This document shows, in pieces, positions 8,901 through 19,361 of a stretch of 64,000 nucleotides of DNA. A model generated the notes under the pieces. The model saw only the letters and a program-made list of their open reading frames with translations. It was not told the origin of the DNA and did no database searches. This DNA comes from an uncultured delta proteobacterium (GTDB lineage: Bacteria > Myxococcota > Myxococcia > Myxococcales > Myxococcaceae). The translations under genes were made by a program, and so were the position numbers. The stretch is from NCBI GenBank assembly GCA_963713045.1, contig CAVQKE010000001.1:352001-416000 (forward strand), in the 5' to 3' direction. Position 1 is the stretch's first letter. Every line of letters begins with the position of its first letter.

Positions 8901-9829
8901 GTCTCCATCCCTCGGGTGAGCCGCAGGAAGAGGGATTCGAGACGGTCCTGACCGACGTCGAGCCGCACCAAATCCAGACCCGCGGCCACAATGGCGCGGG
9001 CCAGTGCCGGACGAAGCGCTTCCTCCGCATCGACCTGTAACTCAACGCGGTCTTCCTCGACCGATGTCACCGTCACCCGTTTCACTCCGGGCACTGTCCG
9101 CAAGGCGGTCTCCGCAGGAGCGGCGGCACCGCGCACCTGCACCACCACCGAACCGCTTCCGCCCAGCCGTTGCTCCAACTCGTGCTCGGTTCCCTGAGCG
9201 ACGAGCTCGCCGTCTCGAACGACCAGCAGCCGGTCGCAGGTCTGGGCAATCTCGGGAAGAATGTGGCTGCTGACCAGCACGGTGTGCGTCGTGCGTAAAC
9301 TGCGGAGCAAGGCGCGCATCTCAATTATCTGGGCGGGATCCAGCCCCTTGCTCGGCTCGTCGAGCAGCAGGACCGAAGGGTTGTGAACCAGTGCTTGCGC
9401 GACCCCCACCCGCTGCCGGTAGCCGTGGCTGAGCGCGCCCAAAAGTTCACCGTGCACGCTGCGCACGTCGGTACGCTCCTCCACCGCCTCCACCGCCGCG
9501 CGCGACCGTTCCTTGGGGACGCCATGCAGCTCGGCGACGAATTTGAGGTATTCCCCCACCGTCATCTCGTCATAGAGCGGCGGTTGCTCGGGCAAATACC
9601 CAATGCGCTGCTTCAGGCTGAGCGGTGCTCCGGCCACATCCATCCCATCAATGCGTACCGTGCCCGAGGAGGGCAAAAGAACCGCCGCCAGAATTTTGAG
9701 CGTGGTTGTCTTCCCCGCCCCGTTCAGGCCGAGAAAGCCCACCACCTCACCCGAGGCAATCTGAAAGCTGAGGTCCCGAACGGCGGCGCGCGCCCCGTAG
9801 TACTTGGTGAGACCGTCCACCTGAATCAT
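8897..9829 (-). CDS. ABC transporter ATP-binding protein, GldA-like
   Basis: Walker A GLNGAGKTT, LSHGYRQR signature, LLDEP, SSH. Confidence 0.92.
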   Translation of the reverse strand: MIQVDGLTKYYGARAAVRDLSFQIASGEVVGFLGLNGAGKTTTLKILAAVLLPSSGTVRIDGMDVAGAPLSLKQRIGYLPEQPPLYDEMTVGEYLKFVAELHGVPKERSRAAVEAVEERTDVRSVHGELLGALSHGYRQRVGVAQALVHNPSVLLLDEPSKGLDPAQIIEMRALLRSLRTTHTVLVSSHILPEIAQTCDRLLVVRDGELVAQGTEHELEQRLGGSGSVVVQVRGAAAPAETALRTVPGVKRVTVTSVEEDRVELQVDAEEALRPALARAIVAAGLDLVRLDVGQDRLESLFLRLTRGMET

Positions 9830-9956
9830 GTCTGTCCCCTCTTTTCAGAGCGACTTGGTAGCGTCAAGGCTGGCGCGCATGTGGGTCTCCCGGTGGGCAC
9901 TTCGCCGCCCGGTTGCGGTTCGACCTGGGAAGCGCGGCTGGCGGTGCGACGTGCCG

Positions 9957-11309
9957 TCAAGCGCCGCTGGGGAGGCGGTCCATTCCGAGGCAGAAGCGCA
10001 AGGCCTCGCGAAGCGCTGGCCAGCGGAAGGTGAAGCCTGCCGCGAGCAGTGCCCGAGGCATCACCCGTGCCGAGGCCAGGACGGTCTCGGTTCCCATCTC
10101 GCCGAAGAGGGCCTGCACCGCTGCGGTGGGGACTGGGACCGCCGTGGGCCGGTGCAGCACTTCGCCGAGGACCTCGGTGAAGGCTTGGTTGGAGGCAGCC
10201 TCGGGCGCGGTCAGGTTGAGGGCACCTCGCACGTCCGGTCGACGTAAGGCGAGGTGAATTGCGCCAAGGGCGTCCTCCAGCGCTATCCAGCTGTAGTACT
10301 GCTTCCCCGACCCGACGCGGCCCCCCAATCCAGCCCGGAAGACGGGCGCCAGTTTGGCCAGCGCGCCGCCATTTGGACTGAGCACCAGGCCCGTGCGGAG
10401 CGAAACCACCCGCGTGCCAAAGTCCTCGGCGCCCAGCGCCGCCGCTTCCCAGGCCTGACAGACTTCCGCCAGGAAGCCCTGGCCGGCAACAGAAGATTCC
10501 TCGAGCGTTTCGCTGCCGCGGTCGCCGTACAGCCCAGTGGCGGACGCCGCCAGCAGCACCGGCGGCGGGCGCGCGCAGCGGCGCATCGCGTCCACCAACC
10601 GCGCCGTTCCCTCCACGCGGCTGTTGCGAATCTCCTCCTTACGGGCGGCGTTCCACCGGCCGCCCGCAATGGACGCGCCGGCGAGGTGCACCACGGCGTC
10701 CAGCCCCTCGAGGAGTTCTGGGGCGAGCCCGGTGCGAGGGAGGGGCTTGACCCAATGCCCACCGGTGGTGAGGAAGTGCTTCAACGCCGTCCCCATGAAG
10801 CCATGGGAGCCGGTCATCCCCACCCGGAGCGGCGGCCCGGGGAGCGCGTGGTGGCGAGCCAAGTCGGCCGCCAGCAGGGCGTGTCGGTAGGCGAAGACGG
10901 ACTGGAGCTTGCTTCTCACCAAGGCGCCCCCGCTGAGCGCGCCCAGCCACCCGAGGGGTAGCCGGTAGTGAACGTCGTCTTCGAGAAAGGAGCGGTCCCG
11001 GCCGTCTGGCACCATGCGGTGCGAATGCTCCCAGAAGGCGAACGGGCCGGACGCCTGACGGTCACTGAAGGAGACACCGTCCTCGAGCGCGGTGTGCACC
11101 GCAACCCACGTCCGCGGCACCGGCCCCAGCTGGACGCGCAGCACAGTACGCCCCCCGACGGCAGTGCCAGCCGGGGACTCGAGCACCTGCACCTTCTCAA
11201 ACGGCGGCGTTAGCCTTTCAACGGCACCCGGTCGGGCATGCCAGTCGAAGAGGGAGCGCGCGCTGCAGGGCATGGGGCTGCGGGCCAGGTAGCGCTCCGT
11301 CTGCGACAT
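9957..11309 (-). CDS. SRPBCC domain + TIGR01777 (YfcH-like) NAD-dependent epimerase fusion
   Basis: WHARPGAVERLTPP and GPFAFWEH (SRPBCC); TGSHGFMG, HLAGASI, SRVEGT, C-terminal DUF1731-like tail. Confidence 0.88.
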   Translation of the reverse strand: MSQTERYLARSPMPCSARSLFDWHARPGAVERLTPPFEKVQVLESPAGTAVGGRTVLRVQLGPVPRTWVAVHTALEDGVSFSDRQASGPFAFWEHSHRMVPDGRDRSFLEDDVHYRLPLGWLGALSGGALVRSKLQSVFAYRHALLAADLARHHALPGPPLRVGMTGSHGFMGTALKHFLTTGGHWVKPLPRTGLAPELLEGLDAVVHLAGASIAGGRWNAARKEEIRNSRVEGTARLVDAMRRCARPPPVLLAASATGLYGDRGSETLEESSVAGQGFLAEVCQAWEAAALGAEDFGTRVVSLRTGLVLSPNGGALAKLAPVFRAGLGGRVGSGKQYYSWIALEDALGAIHLALRRPDVRGALNLTAPEAASNQAFTEVLGEVLHRPTAVPVPTAAVQALFGEMGTETVLASARVMPRALLAAGFTFRWPALREALRFCLGMDRLPSGA

Positions 11310-11405
11310 GAATTTCCAGCTCCTCCCCCGCAGGGCCCGCGCCCCCGGGGCATTGTTCCCAACCCGCGTGCATGCTTACTAGCGCCCCGGAGGAGAGGAT
11401 TCACC

Positions 11406-12395
11406 TTGCCCAAAATTTTCCCCGTCCCGCAGCCACCGACCGCCGAAGCGTTGCAGCGGGCGGTACAGGTGCTTCGCCGCGGGGGATTGTTGGGACTGCC
11501 CACAGAGACTGTCTATGGGCTTGCGGCAGACGCCGAAAACGAACTGGCTGTCCGCCGAATTTTCGCCGCCAAGGGGCGTCCCTCCACCCATCCCCTCATC
11601 GTCCACTTGCCGCACGCCGCGGCGGTGACGGATTGGGTGGCCCGCCTGCCGCCCGAGGCCGCGTCCTTGGCCGAGGCCTTTTGGCCGGGGCCGTTGACGC
11701 TGGTCTTGCCGCGGTCGACCAGGGCCTCAGACGCCGTCACCGGGGGGCAAGGCACCCTGGCAGTGCGCGTCCCGGCGCACCCGGTTGCGCAAGCTGTGCT
11801 GCGCGCCTTCGGGGGCGGGTTGGCGGCTCCCAGTGCCAACCGGTTTGGCCGGGTGTCCCCCACCCGCGCCGAGCACGTGATGGCTGACCTCGGCGGTGCC
11901 GTGGACTTTATCCTCGACGGCGGCCCTTCGAGCGTTGGTGTGGAGTCCACCATCGTTGACTTGAGCGCAGACGCCCCCGCACTGCTGCGCCCGGGCGGAG
12001 TGACGCGCGAGGCACTGGAGCAGGTGCTGGGGCGAGCCCTTCTCAGCCGGGAGACGGCCGAGGTCCGAGTGCCGGGCATGTTGCCCTCCCATTACGCACC
12101 GCGCGCCGGCCTCGTCCTGGCGAGCCGAGACCAGGCAAGAGGCGTGGCCTCCCAGCTTCTTGGCTCGGGTCGGCGCGTGGCCCTCTGTGCTCCCGCGGAC
12201 CTGGCTCCCCCGGAGGGCGTGGTGCACCTGCATGCGCCGGAGGACGTCCAGGCACTGGCCCGCGCCCTGTACGACGTCCTTCGCGCCGTCGACGCGGCGG
12301 GTGTGGACGTCGCGGTGATGGTGACGCCCGATGAAGGAGGGCTGGGCCTGGCGGTGCTCGACCGGCTGCGGCGCGCGGCTGCACCGCGAGCCTGA
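11406..12395 (+). CDS. sua5: L-threonylcarbamoyladenylate synthase (two-domain Sua5 type)
   Basis: PTETVYGL, AKGRPSTHPLIVH, APSAN, PGMLPSHYAP; GGAGGAG upstream of TTG 11406. Confidence 0.93.
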   Translation: MPKIFPVPQPPTAEALQRAVQVLRRGGLLGLPTETVYGLAADAENELAVRRIFAAKGRPSTHPLIVHLPHAAAVTDWVARLPPEAASLAEAFWPGPLTLVLPRSTRASDAVTGGQGTLAVRVPAHPVAQAVLRAFGGGLAAPSANRFGRVSPTRAEHVMADLGGAVDFILDGGPSSVGVESTIVDLSADAPALLRPGGVTREALEQVLGRALLSRETAEVRVPGMLPSHYAPRAGLVLASRDQARGVASQLLGSGRRVALCAPADLAPPEGVVHLHAPEDVQALARALYDVLRAVDAAGVDVAVMVTPDEGGLGLAVLDRLRRAAAPRA

Positions 12396-12417
12396 AGCGC
12401 TCCTCTCGAGCGCTCTG

Positions 12418-13470
12418 CTAAGCTGCGGCTTCCCCAGCGCCGAGCAGCGGGTCGCGCACCATCTGCACCAGTGCACGCACCCAAGCTGGGTGGGCATTGA
12501 GACTGGGGACCAAGGTGAGGGACTCCCCGCCGGCGCGAAGGAAGTCCGCCCTGGCCCGAATGCCGATTTCCTCTTCCGTCTCGAGACAATCGGCGACGAA
12601 GGCTGGGCACACGACGGCAAGACGACGGACGCCCTTCTGCACCAATTGTGGAAGCAGCAAGTCGGTGTAAGGCTTCAGCCATGGCGTCCGGCCGAGGCGA
12701 GACTGGAAGCTGACGGTGGTGTGCTCCGGCGCAAGGCCCAGTCGACTGGTCAGTGAGCGTGCAGTGCCGAAGCACTGAAATCGGTAGCACCACTGGTTCT
12801 CGGCAACCGGACCGTCACAGCAGCTGGGAGACTGCAGGCAGTGCCGTCCGGACACGTCGCTCTTGCGGACTTGCCGTTCCGGCAGCCCGTGAAAGCTGAA
12901 CAGCACGTGGTCAGCCCGCGCCTCGCGAAGCGCGGGCCGCGCCACCTCCACCCAGGCGTCGAGGAAGGCGGGATGGTCGAAGAAGGGCGGCAAGACGCGC
13001 AGCGCGGGGACATTCCAGGCGGCTCCCACCAGCTGCTGGACGCGCTCCAGCGTGGAGCCAGTCGAACTCGAGGCGTACTGCGGGTACAGCGGCGCGAGGG
13101 TGATGGAGCGCGTGCCAGCGGCGGCAAGTCTCTGGAGGGCCACGTCCAGCGAGGGATTGCCGTAGCGCATCCCCAACTCGACCGCCCATCCTGGGCCAAG
13201 CGCCTCGGCCAGCTGCGTCGCCAGGTTACGGCTGTGGACCAGCAAGGGCGAGCCGGCTTCGGTCCATACCTTTCGGTAGGCCTCGGCCGAGCGAGCCGGG
13301 CGGCTGGGTAGAATGAAAAGTTCGAGCAGCGCCCAACGCAGCGGAGCCGCGATGTCGAGCACGCGGCCGTCGGATAAAAACTCGCGCAAATACCGGCGCA
13401 CCGCAGCTGTCGTCGGCGCGTCCGGCGTGCCGAGGTTCACCAGCAACAGGCCTTTTCGCTGGTCGGTCAA
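12418..13470 (-). CDS. hemH: Ferrochelatase
   Basis: LLVNLGTPDAP, LYPQY, FSFHGLP, FQSRLG..WLKPYT, DCLETEEEI. Confidence 0.96.
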   Translation of the reverse strand: MTDQRKGLLLVNLGTPDAPTTAAVRRYLREFLSDGRVLDIAAPLRWALLELFILPSRPARSAEAYRKVWTEAGSPLLVHSRNLATQLAEALGPGWAVELGMRYGNPSLDVALQRLAAAGTRSITLAPLYPQYASSSTGSTLERVQQLVGAAWNVPALRVLPPFFDHPAFLDAWVEVARPALREARADHVLFSFHGLPERQVRKSDVSGRHCLQSPSCCDGPVAENQWCYRFQCFGTARSLTSRLGLAPEHTTVSFQSRLGRTPWLKPYTDLLLPQLVQKGVRRLAVVCPAFVADCLETEEEIGIRARADFLRAGGESLTLVPSLNAHPAWVRALVQMVRDPLLGAGEAAA

Positions 13471-13850
13471 TGCAGGGCGTGCGGTTGCGTGAGAGCAAAC
13501 TCGCTGATGAGGGCGTCGAAGCGCTTCCCGTTCGGCCTCTCCATCTGGTAGCTGCCGCGCATCGTCCCAAACGGCGTGCGCAACATGGCCCAGCTTGCGT
13601 ATTCGAAGCGCTCGCCGGGGTTGAGGTGAGGCTGCTTGCCCACCACTCCCTCCCCTCGCACTTCTTGAACGTAGCCGTTGGCGTCGGTAATCACCCAGTG
13701 CCGGGTGCGCAGGTGGGCCGGCTCATTGCCGAGGTTGACAATCTCCACGCGGTAATTGAAGGCAAACTGCCCGCTCTCCGGCGAGCTGCGCTCTGGCCAG
13801 AAGGCGGGCTTCACCGTGACTCGGATGCCGTCGGTGGTGGTGCTGGTCAT
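13467..13850 (-). CDS. apaG: ApaG protein
   Basis: RHWVITD, VRGEGVVGKQP, GTMRGSY; start trimmed to ATG 13850. Confidence 0.95.
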   Translation of the reverse strand: MTSTTTDGIRVTVKPAFWPERSSPESGQFAFNYRVEIVNLGNEPAHLRTRHWVITDANGYVQEVRGEGVVGKQPHLNPGERFEYASWAMLRTPFGTMRGSYQMERPNGKRFDALISEFALTQPHALH

Positions 13851-13909
13851 ACGGACGGCCGCTAGAATCCCAGGGACATCGCGCGGCTGCAACAGCCCCG
13901 GGTGCCGCG

Positions 13910-14833
13910 CTAGCCGTCCCGAGACGGCCGGACCCAAGAAGCGAGCACGGCCAGGCACAACATGCTGGCGATGACCAGCAGCGAGACCCACAGACGAAGC
14001 TGTACCCACGGCTCGACGAGCATTTTCGCGCCGATGAAGCCAAGCACCGCCGCCAGTGCCGGCTTCAAGTACACCAGCCGGCCCATCAGTCCCTCCAGAA
14101 CGAAGAACAGCGAGCGGAGCCCAATGACGGCGCACACGTTGCTCGCGTAGACGATGAAGGCGTCCTGGCTCATGCCCAGAACGGCAGGAATGGAGTCAAA
14201 GGCGAAGAGCAGGTCGGTGCTTTCCACCATCACCAGCACCAGAAACAGAGGTGTGAAGCGCCAGCGGCCGTCCTGATGGACGAGAAGGGCGAAGCCCGGT
14301 TTCGTCGTCTCCTCGGCGAGGGGCAAAAACCGCCGCGCGGCCCGCACCACGGCGTTCTCGCGCGGCACCAGTTCGGGTGCTTGCGGCTTGGAGACCAGCC
14401 TGACGGCGCTGAAAAGCAAGACACCGCCAAAGGGCACGAGGAGCCACTGGAAGCGGTGGACCAGGGACACCCCAGCGACGAGGAGGAAGCCACGCATCAC
14501 CACGGCGGCCAGCACACCCCACAGCAACAGCGGACGTCGGTGCTCCGGGCGAACGCGGAAGGCCGCGAACAGCAGGATGAAGACGAAGAGGTTGTCCGCG
14601 CTCAACGCGTATTCGACCAGGTAGCAGCTGAAGAATTGAAGTCCGGCCTCCGCACCGCGCAACCGCCACAGCGCGGCACCGAGGCCGAGGCTGAGGCCGA
14701 CCCACAGCGCCACCCAGCCCACGGCCTCGCGCTGCGAAGGGGCCTGCGCCTTGCGGCCGCTCACCGCGAGGTCGATGGCCAACACCACCAGCGTCCCGCC
14801 GGCGAACGCCGCCCAGGCTAGGCCACTCGACAA
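13910..14833 (-). CDS. TerC/Alx family membrane protein
   Basis: EYALSADNLFVF, DLLFAFDSIPA, GLRSLFF. Confidence 0.92.
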   Translation of the reverse strand: MSSGLAWAAFAGGTLVVLAIDLAVSGRKAQAPSQREAVGWVALWVGLSLGLGAALWRLRGAEAGLQFFSCYLVEYALSADNLFVFILLFAAFRVRPEHRRPLLLWGVLAAVVMRGFLLVAGVSLVHRFQWLLVPFGGVLLFSAVRLVSKPQAPELVPRENAVVRAARRFLPLAEETTKPGFALLVHQDGRWRFTPLFLVLVMVESTDLLFAFDSIPAVLGMSQDAFIVYASNVCAVIGLRSLFFVLEGLMGRLVYLKPALAAVLGFIGAKMLVEPWVQLRLWVSLLVIASMLCLAVLASWVRPSRDG

Positions 14834-14870
14834 TCGCCCCCCTCCGCTGGAGACGAACGGGCCATGACAT

Positions 14871-17006
14871 TCATCGATGCGCTGCGCGTCGGAGGACGAC
14901 CACCGCTCGGCCAGGCACCGTCACCAACTCGCCGGCCGGGTAGTCCTTGCGGCCGGCGCCATGTCCGTCGCTGGTGTCGAGCCACCACTCCCAGTCGTGC
15001 CCCCACTCCACCGCCGGGAGGACGAAGGGGACCGGGCCAGCCCCGGCGTTGAGGAGAATCAGCAGCGAGTCCCCGAGCCGCTTTTGCCCCCGTTCGTCGA
15101 ACTCGCCGATGGCGTCTCCTCCCAAGAGAAAGCCGAGGGCGCGCAGCACCGGCTTTTGCCAATCCGCCTGCTGCATTTCGCTTCCATCGGGCCGGAACCA
15201 GGCCACGTCCTTCAGTTGCGAGTCGAAAATGTGGTGGCCCTGGAAGAAGCCCCGCCGCATCAGCACCGGTTGCGAGAGACGGCCTCGAATCAAACTTCGC
15301 GTGAATTGCAGGAGTTGCTGGCGCTCCTCGTCGAGATTCCAGTCAACCCACGAAGTTTCGTTGTCCTGACTGTACGCATTGTTGTTGCCAAGCTGGGTGC
15401 GGCCCAACTCGTCTCCGGCGAGCAGCATCGGGACGCCCTGGCTCAGAAACAGCGTGGCCAGGAAGTTGCGCACCATCCGCTGTCGGAGGGCGTTGATGGC
15501 CGGGTCGGCAGTTTCCCCTTCCACGCCGCAATTTGAGGAGTCGTTGGAGTCGCTTCCGTCGCGATTGTCTTCGCCGTTGGCCTGATTCCTCTTGGTCTCA
15601 TACGTCACCAAGTCGCGCAGCGTGAAGCCGTCGTGCGCAGTGATGAAGTTGATGGAGGCGGTGGGCCCGCGACCTGACAGCTGAAACAAATCCGAGGAGC
15701 CAGTCAGCCGATAGCCAATTTCGGCAGCCAGGTTGTCATCGCCCTTCCAATAACGTCGGAAGGCGTCTCGGTATTTGTCATTCCATTCGCTGAAGTCGAC
15801 CGGGAAATTCCCCGACTGGTAGCCACCGGGCCCCAAGTCCCACGGCTCGGCGATGAGCTTCACCCGGCCCACCACCGGGTCCTGGTGCAGCGCTTGGAAG
15901 AAGGCCGCGGTGCGGGAAAAGGGGCCTGCCTGCCTTCCCAGCGAAGAGGCCAGGTCGAAGCGAAAGCCATCGACGTGCATCTGCTGCACCCAATAGCGCA
16001 GCGAATCCATGACCAGCATCAGCGTCTGAGGGTGCTCGACCTGGAGCGAGTTTCCGGTGCCCGCGACGTCGACATAGAAGCGTTTGTCCCCCGGGGTGAG
16101 TCGGTAATAGGTCGTGTTGTCCAGACCGCGGAAGCTCAGGGTTGGGCCCTGTTGGTTTCCTTCGGCAGTATGGTTGTAGACGACGTCGAGAATGACTTCG
16201 ATGCCGGCCCGGTGCAGCGCCTTCACCATGCCTTTGAATTCGTTGACGACGTTGCTCGGACCGCTGCAGGCGTGGGCGACGTCGGGTGCGAAGAAGCCGA
16301 TGGTGTTGTAACCCCAGTAATTCACCAGGCCGCGCTCGGCCAGGAAGCCTTCGTCGACTGCCTGCTGGACCGGCAGCAACTCCACCGCCGTGATGCCCAA
16401 GGACTGCAAGTGGGCGATGGCCGCCGGGTGGGCAAACCCGCCGTAGGTGCCGCGCAGGCTGGGTGGGACATCCGGGTGGCGCTTGGTGAAGCCCCGGACC
16501 TGGACCTCATAAAGGATGGAGCGCGGCCACGGAATGGCCGGGGGGGTGTCGCCTTCCCAGTCGAAGGTCTCATCCACCACCAGGCAACGCGGCATCGCAT
16601 CGGCACTGTCGGTGGAGTCGGGCGCAGCCTCGGCTAAGTCCTCCGAAGGCAGCAAGGTGCGGTGGGACAGGTTGGGACGGCCGGTGAGGACGCGGGCGTA
16701 GGGGTCGAGGAGAAGTTTGGCCGGGTTGAAGCGTAACCCGCGGTCCGGCGCCCACGGGCCGTAGACCCGTAGGCCGTAGAGGGTCCCCACTGGCAGGCCG
16801 GGGACATAGCCGTGGTGCACCGCACGCGTGACTGTTGGCAGCGTGAAGCGCTGCGTCTCGCGCAAAGGCTCCTCCTTGGCGAAGAGGCACACCTCCACCC
16901 GTTCCGCTGCCTCGGAGAACACGGCAAAGTTGATGCCACGCCCGTCCCAAGTCGCACCCAGCGGACGCGGGCTTCCGAGCCAGACTTCGGGCGCCGCTTG
17001 GTTCAT
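14871..17006 (-). CDS. glgX: Glycogen debranching enzyme (GH13)
   Basis: PLGATWDG, NYWGY, DVVYNHT, DGFRFDLA, IAEPWD, NFITAHDGF. Confidence 0.96.
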   Translation of the reverse strand: MNQAAPEVWLGSPRPLGATWDGRGINFAVFSEAAERVEVCLFAKEEPLRETQRFTLPTVTRAVHHGYVPGLPVGTLYGLRVYGPWAPDRGLRFNPAKLLLDPYARVLTGRPNLSHRTLLPSEDLAEAAPDSTDSADAMPRCLVVDETFDWEGDTPPAIPWPRSILYEVQVRGFTKRHPDVPPSLRGTYGGFAHPAAIAHLQSLGITAVELLPVQQAVDEGFLAERGLVNYWGYNTIGFFAPDVAHACSGPSNVVNEFKGMVKALHRAGIEVILDVVYNHTAEGNQQGPTLSFRGLDNTTYYRLTPGDKRFYVDVAGTGNSLQVEHPQTLMLVMDSLRYWVQQMHVDGFRFDLASSLGRQAGPFSRTAAFFQALHQDPVVGRVKLIAEPWDLGPGGYQSGNFPVDFSEWNDKYRDAFRRYWKGDDNLAAEIGYRLTGSSDLFQLSGRGPTASINFITAHDGFTLRDLVTYETKRNQANGEDNRDGSDSNDSSNCGVEGETADPAINALRQRMVRNFLATLFLSQGVPMLLAGDELGRTQLGNNNAYSQDNETSWVDWNLDEERQQLLQFTRSLIRGRLSQPVLMRRGFFQGHHIFDSQLKDVAWFRPDGSEMQQADWQKPVLRALGFLLGGDAIGEFDERGQKRLGDSLLILLNAGAGPVPFVLPAVEWGHDWEWWLDTSDGHGAGRKDYPAGELVTVPGRAVVVLRRAAHR

Positions 17007-17152
17007 GCCTCCCCTTGTCGATGCCGGTTGTAGCCTGACGGTGCTGGGGCTGCGGGGAGAATGTTGTCAGGGCTTGTTCCTCGCCACGCCGCGTCGGAGG
17101 CAATTTGAGGCTGGCGACTGCCGACTGGGGGAGGGGCCGTGGAGGCGCCGCT

Positions 17153-17623
17153 TCAGAGGTGTCCTGACGCCGGATGACGCCTCTTGGGCCAGCGGGCAAA
17201 GAGAATTCGGTCCAAGGACACTGCTCCGGCACCGGCCACCACCAGCCACAGGAAGCAGGCAAAATAGGTGAATTCGTTGAAGCCAAAGAGCGTGGCCAGC
17301 CCATCAACCTCGCCTCGCTTTGCCGTCAGGATGGCGACCAGCATGCTGAACGCCATCGGGAGGGCGGCAAGCCGAGTGAAGAGGCCGACCAGTAGAAGCG
17401 TCCCCCCGACCAACTCGACCGTCGAGACGACGACGGCGTTCAGGCCCGGCATGGGGATTCCCAACTCGGTGAAGTACGCGGTGATTTTGGGCAAGTCATG
17501 AAGCTTGCCCCACCCGGTGACCATGAACACTGCGGCGAGCGAAATCCGAACCAGCAGTGGACCCAGCCACGCCAGCCGGTTGGCCAATGCCAGAGCGCGG
17601 GAAAGCAGTGTTTCGAAAGACAT
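17153..17623 (-). CDS. DoxX family membrane protein
   Basis: LLVRI..GWGKL, ELVGG.LLLVGLFTR, GAGAVSLD. Confidence 0.9.
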   Translation of the reverse strand: MSFETLLSRALALANRLAWLGPLLVRISLAAVFMVTGWGKLHDLPKITAYFTELGIPMPGLNAVVVSTVELVGGTLLLVGLFTRLAALPMAFSMLVAILTAKRGEVDGLATLFGFNEFTYFACFLWLVVAGAGAVSLDRILFARWPKRRHPASGHL

Positions 17624-17660
17624 GGAAGGCCTCTACGGGTGGGGGTGTCGCGTCACGGAA

Positions 17661-17687
17661 GACGGTTCAGTCCCGGCCGGGGTTACA
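17661..17687 (-). promoter_or_regulatory. Putative ECF-sigma promoter TGTAAC-N17-CGTC for doxX
   Basis: AAC/CGT pair with ECF-like spacing about 40 bp upstream of the doxX ATG. Confidence 0.35.
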
Positions 17688-17855
17688 AGCCCCAGGGGAG
17701 CGTCACGCCAACCGACGGCTGTTACGGCTGTTCGCCTGTCGCCAAGCGGCTTTCCGCCCGGGCTGGCTGGGGCCCGCACCGAGGGAGGGCCTCTTGGGCG
17801 GACCTCTCTTTGGCGGGCTCTTCGCCCGGCAACGGGACGACTCGACGCCAAAGCA

Positions 17856-17883
17856 ACGAGGCTCGCCAAGGGGCGAGCCTCGT
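17856..17883 (-). terminator. Hairpin, probable terminator after SWIB gene
   Basis: Perfect 12-bp inverted repeat ACGAGGCTCGCC-N4-GGCGAGCCTCGT followed by TGCTTT on the minus strand. Confidence 0.55.
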
Positions 17884-17938
17884 CCTGGTTATGAGCTGCG
17901 CGGGCCCGGCGAGGGAATCGCCCCCGGTGAGACCGTCA

Positions 17939-18244
17939 TCAGCTGAGGTGCTTGTTGACCAGCTTGGTCATCTCGAACATCGAGACCTGCTTCTTGCCGC
18001 CGAAGACGACCCTCAGCTTGTCGTCGGCGTTAATCATCCGCCTCTCCTTTGCGTCCTGGAGGTTGTTCTTGCGGATGTAGGCCCACAGCTTCTTGACCAC
18101 CTCGGTGCGCGGAACCGGCTTACTGCCAATCACCTCGGCCAAATCCTTGGAAGGCATCATCTCCTTCATGAAGGCGGCGTTCGGCTTGCGCTTGGTGCCA
18201 GAGGCCTTCTTTGCGCTCTTCTTGGCGGGCTTCTTAGCGGCCAT
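17939..18244 (-). CDS. Standalone SWIB/MDM2 domain protein with Lys/Ala-rich N-terminus
   Basis: MAAKKPAKKSAKK then PRTEVVKKLWAYIRKNNLQD..INADDKL..VSMFEM. Confidence 0.92.
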   Translation of the reverse strand: MAAKKPAKKSAKKASGTKRKPNAAFMKEMMPSKDLAEVIGSKPVPRTEVVKKLWAYIRKNNLQDAKERRMINADDKLRVVFGGKKQVSMFEMTKLVNKHLS

Positions 18245-18389
18245 TCGTTCGCAGTCTCCTCCCCGCTCGGGGGACGTTAGGGCTTCGTGTCCGAAGCCAG
18301 CGGCGTGACTATCAGGTTTCAGAGGGGAAAACACGAGCTACAGAGGTAATTTCCCCTCTGGGAGGCGACGGGAGGGGCGGGGTGAATCC

Positions 18390-19361
18390 ATGCACGCGCT
18401 GATTACCGGAGCGGGGGGCTTCGTTGGGCAAGCCTTGGCCCGAAGGGTCGCCGCGTCCGGACATCGCGTGCGAGGGCTGCTGCGAGGCCCTCTGCCACCC
18501 CAACCCTGGGGGGAGGCTTTGGAGTGGGTCACCGGTGACGTCACCCAGCCGGCGTCCTTGGAGTCGGCCCTGTCCGGTGTTGACGTCGTCTTTCACCTCG
18601 CCGGAATCCGCCGAGCACCGCTGCGCAGCGCCTTCTTTCAGGTGAATGCCGAGGGCACGCGGACGGTATGTGACGCGTCGTGGCGCTCCGGAGTGCGGCG
18701 TCTGGTGCTCGCCAGTTCGCTCGCCGCGGTGGGGCCCTCCCGCCCGGAGCGGCCGCACGTCGAGTCCGACCCTTTCCGCCCCGAGGAGTGGTATGGCGAG
18801 AGCAAGGCGGAGGCCGAGCGGATTGCGCTGCAGCCGCGCGGGGCCCTGGAGGTGACGGTGGCGCGGCCGCCCCGCATCTTGGGGCCCGCGGACCGGGAAA
18901 ACCTGGTCTTCTTCAAGCTCATCCGCCGAGGGCTCCGCCTCTCCATCGCCGGAGGGCCTCGGCCGTTGTCGGTGGTGGACGTGGACGACGTGGTCGACTT
19001 TCTCGTGCTGCTGGCCGAGCGCCCGGAAGCGGTGGGGGAGGCCTTCTTCTGCCCTGCTCCGGGAACGACCACCTTGGAAGACATCCAGGAGCAAGGCGCC
19101 GCAACGCTGGGCGTCCATCTCCGGACGCTCCGGCTCTCTCCTTCCCTGCTGCGGGCGTTGGCGACGGCGGCGGATGGCGTGTCGCGCATCACCGGGCGGT
19201 CTCTGCCGCTCAACCGAAAGTTGGCGAAGCAGCTTCTGGCTCCAGCCTGGACCTGCAGTGGAGAAAAAGCCGCGGGCCGACTCGGGTGGCGACCCCGGGT
19301 GAGCATCCAGGACTCGATTGCCCGAAGCGCTCGGTGGTATTTGTCCGAGGGTTGGCTATGA
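18390..19361 (+). CDS. NAD-dependent epimerase/dehydratase (extended SDR; ElbA-like)
   Basis: [18 protein letters not shown]; first gene of the elb-like operon. Confidence 0.85.
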   Translation: MHALITGAGGFVGQALARRVAASGHRVRGLLRGPLPPQPWGEALEWVTGDVTQPASLESALSGVDVVFHLAGIRRAPLRSAFFQVNAEGTRTVCDASWRSGVRRLVLASSLAAVGPSRPERPHVESDPFRPEEWYGESKAEAERIALQPRGALEVTVARPPRILGPADRENLVFFKLIRRGLRLSIAGGPRPLSVVDVDDVVDFLVLLAERPEAVGEAFFCPAPGTTTLEDIQEQGAATLGVHLRTLRLSPSLLRALATAADGVSRITGRSLPLNRKLAKQLLAPAWTCSGEKAAGRLGWRPRVSIQDSIARSARWYLSEGWL

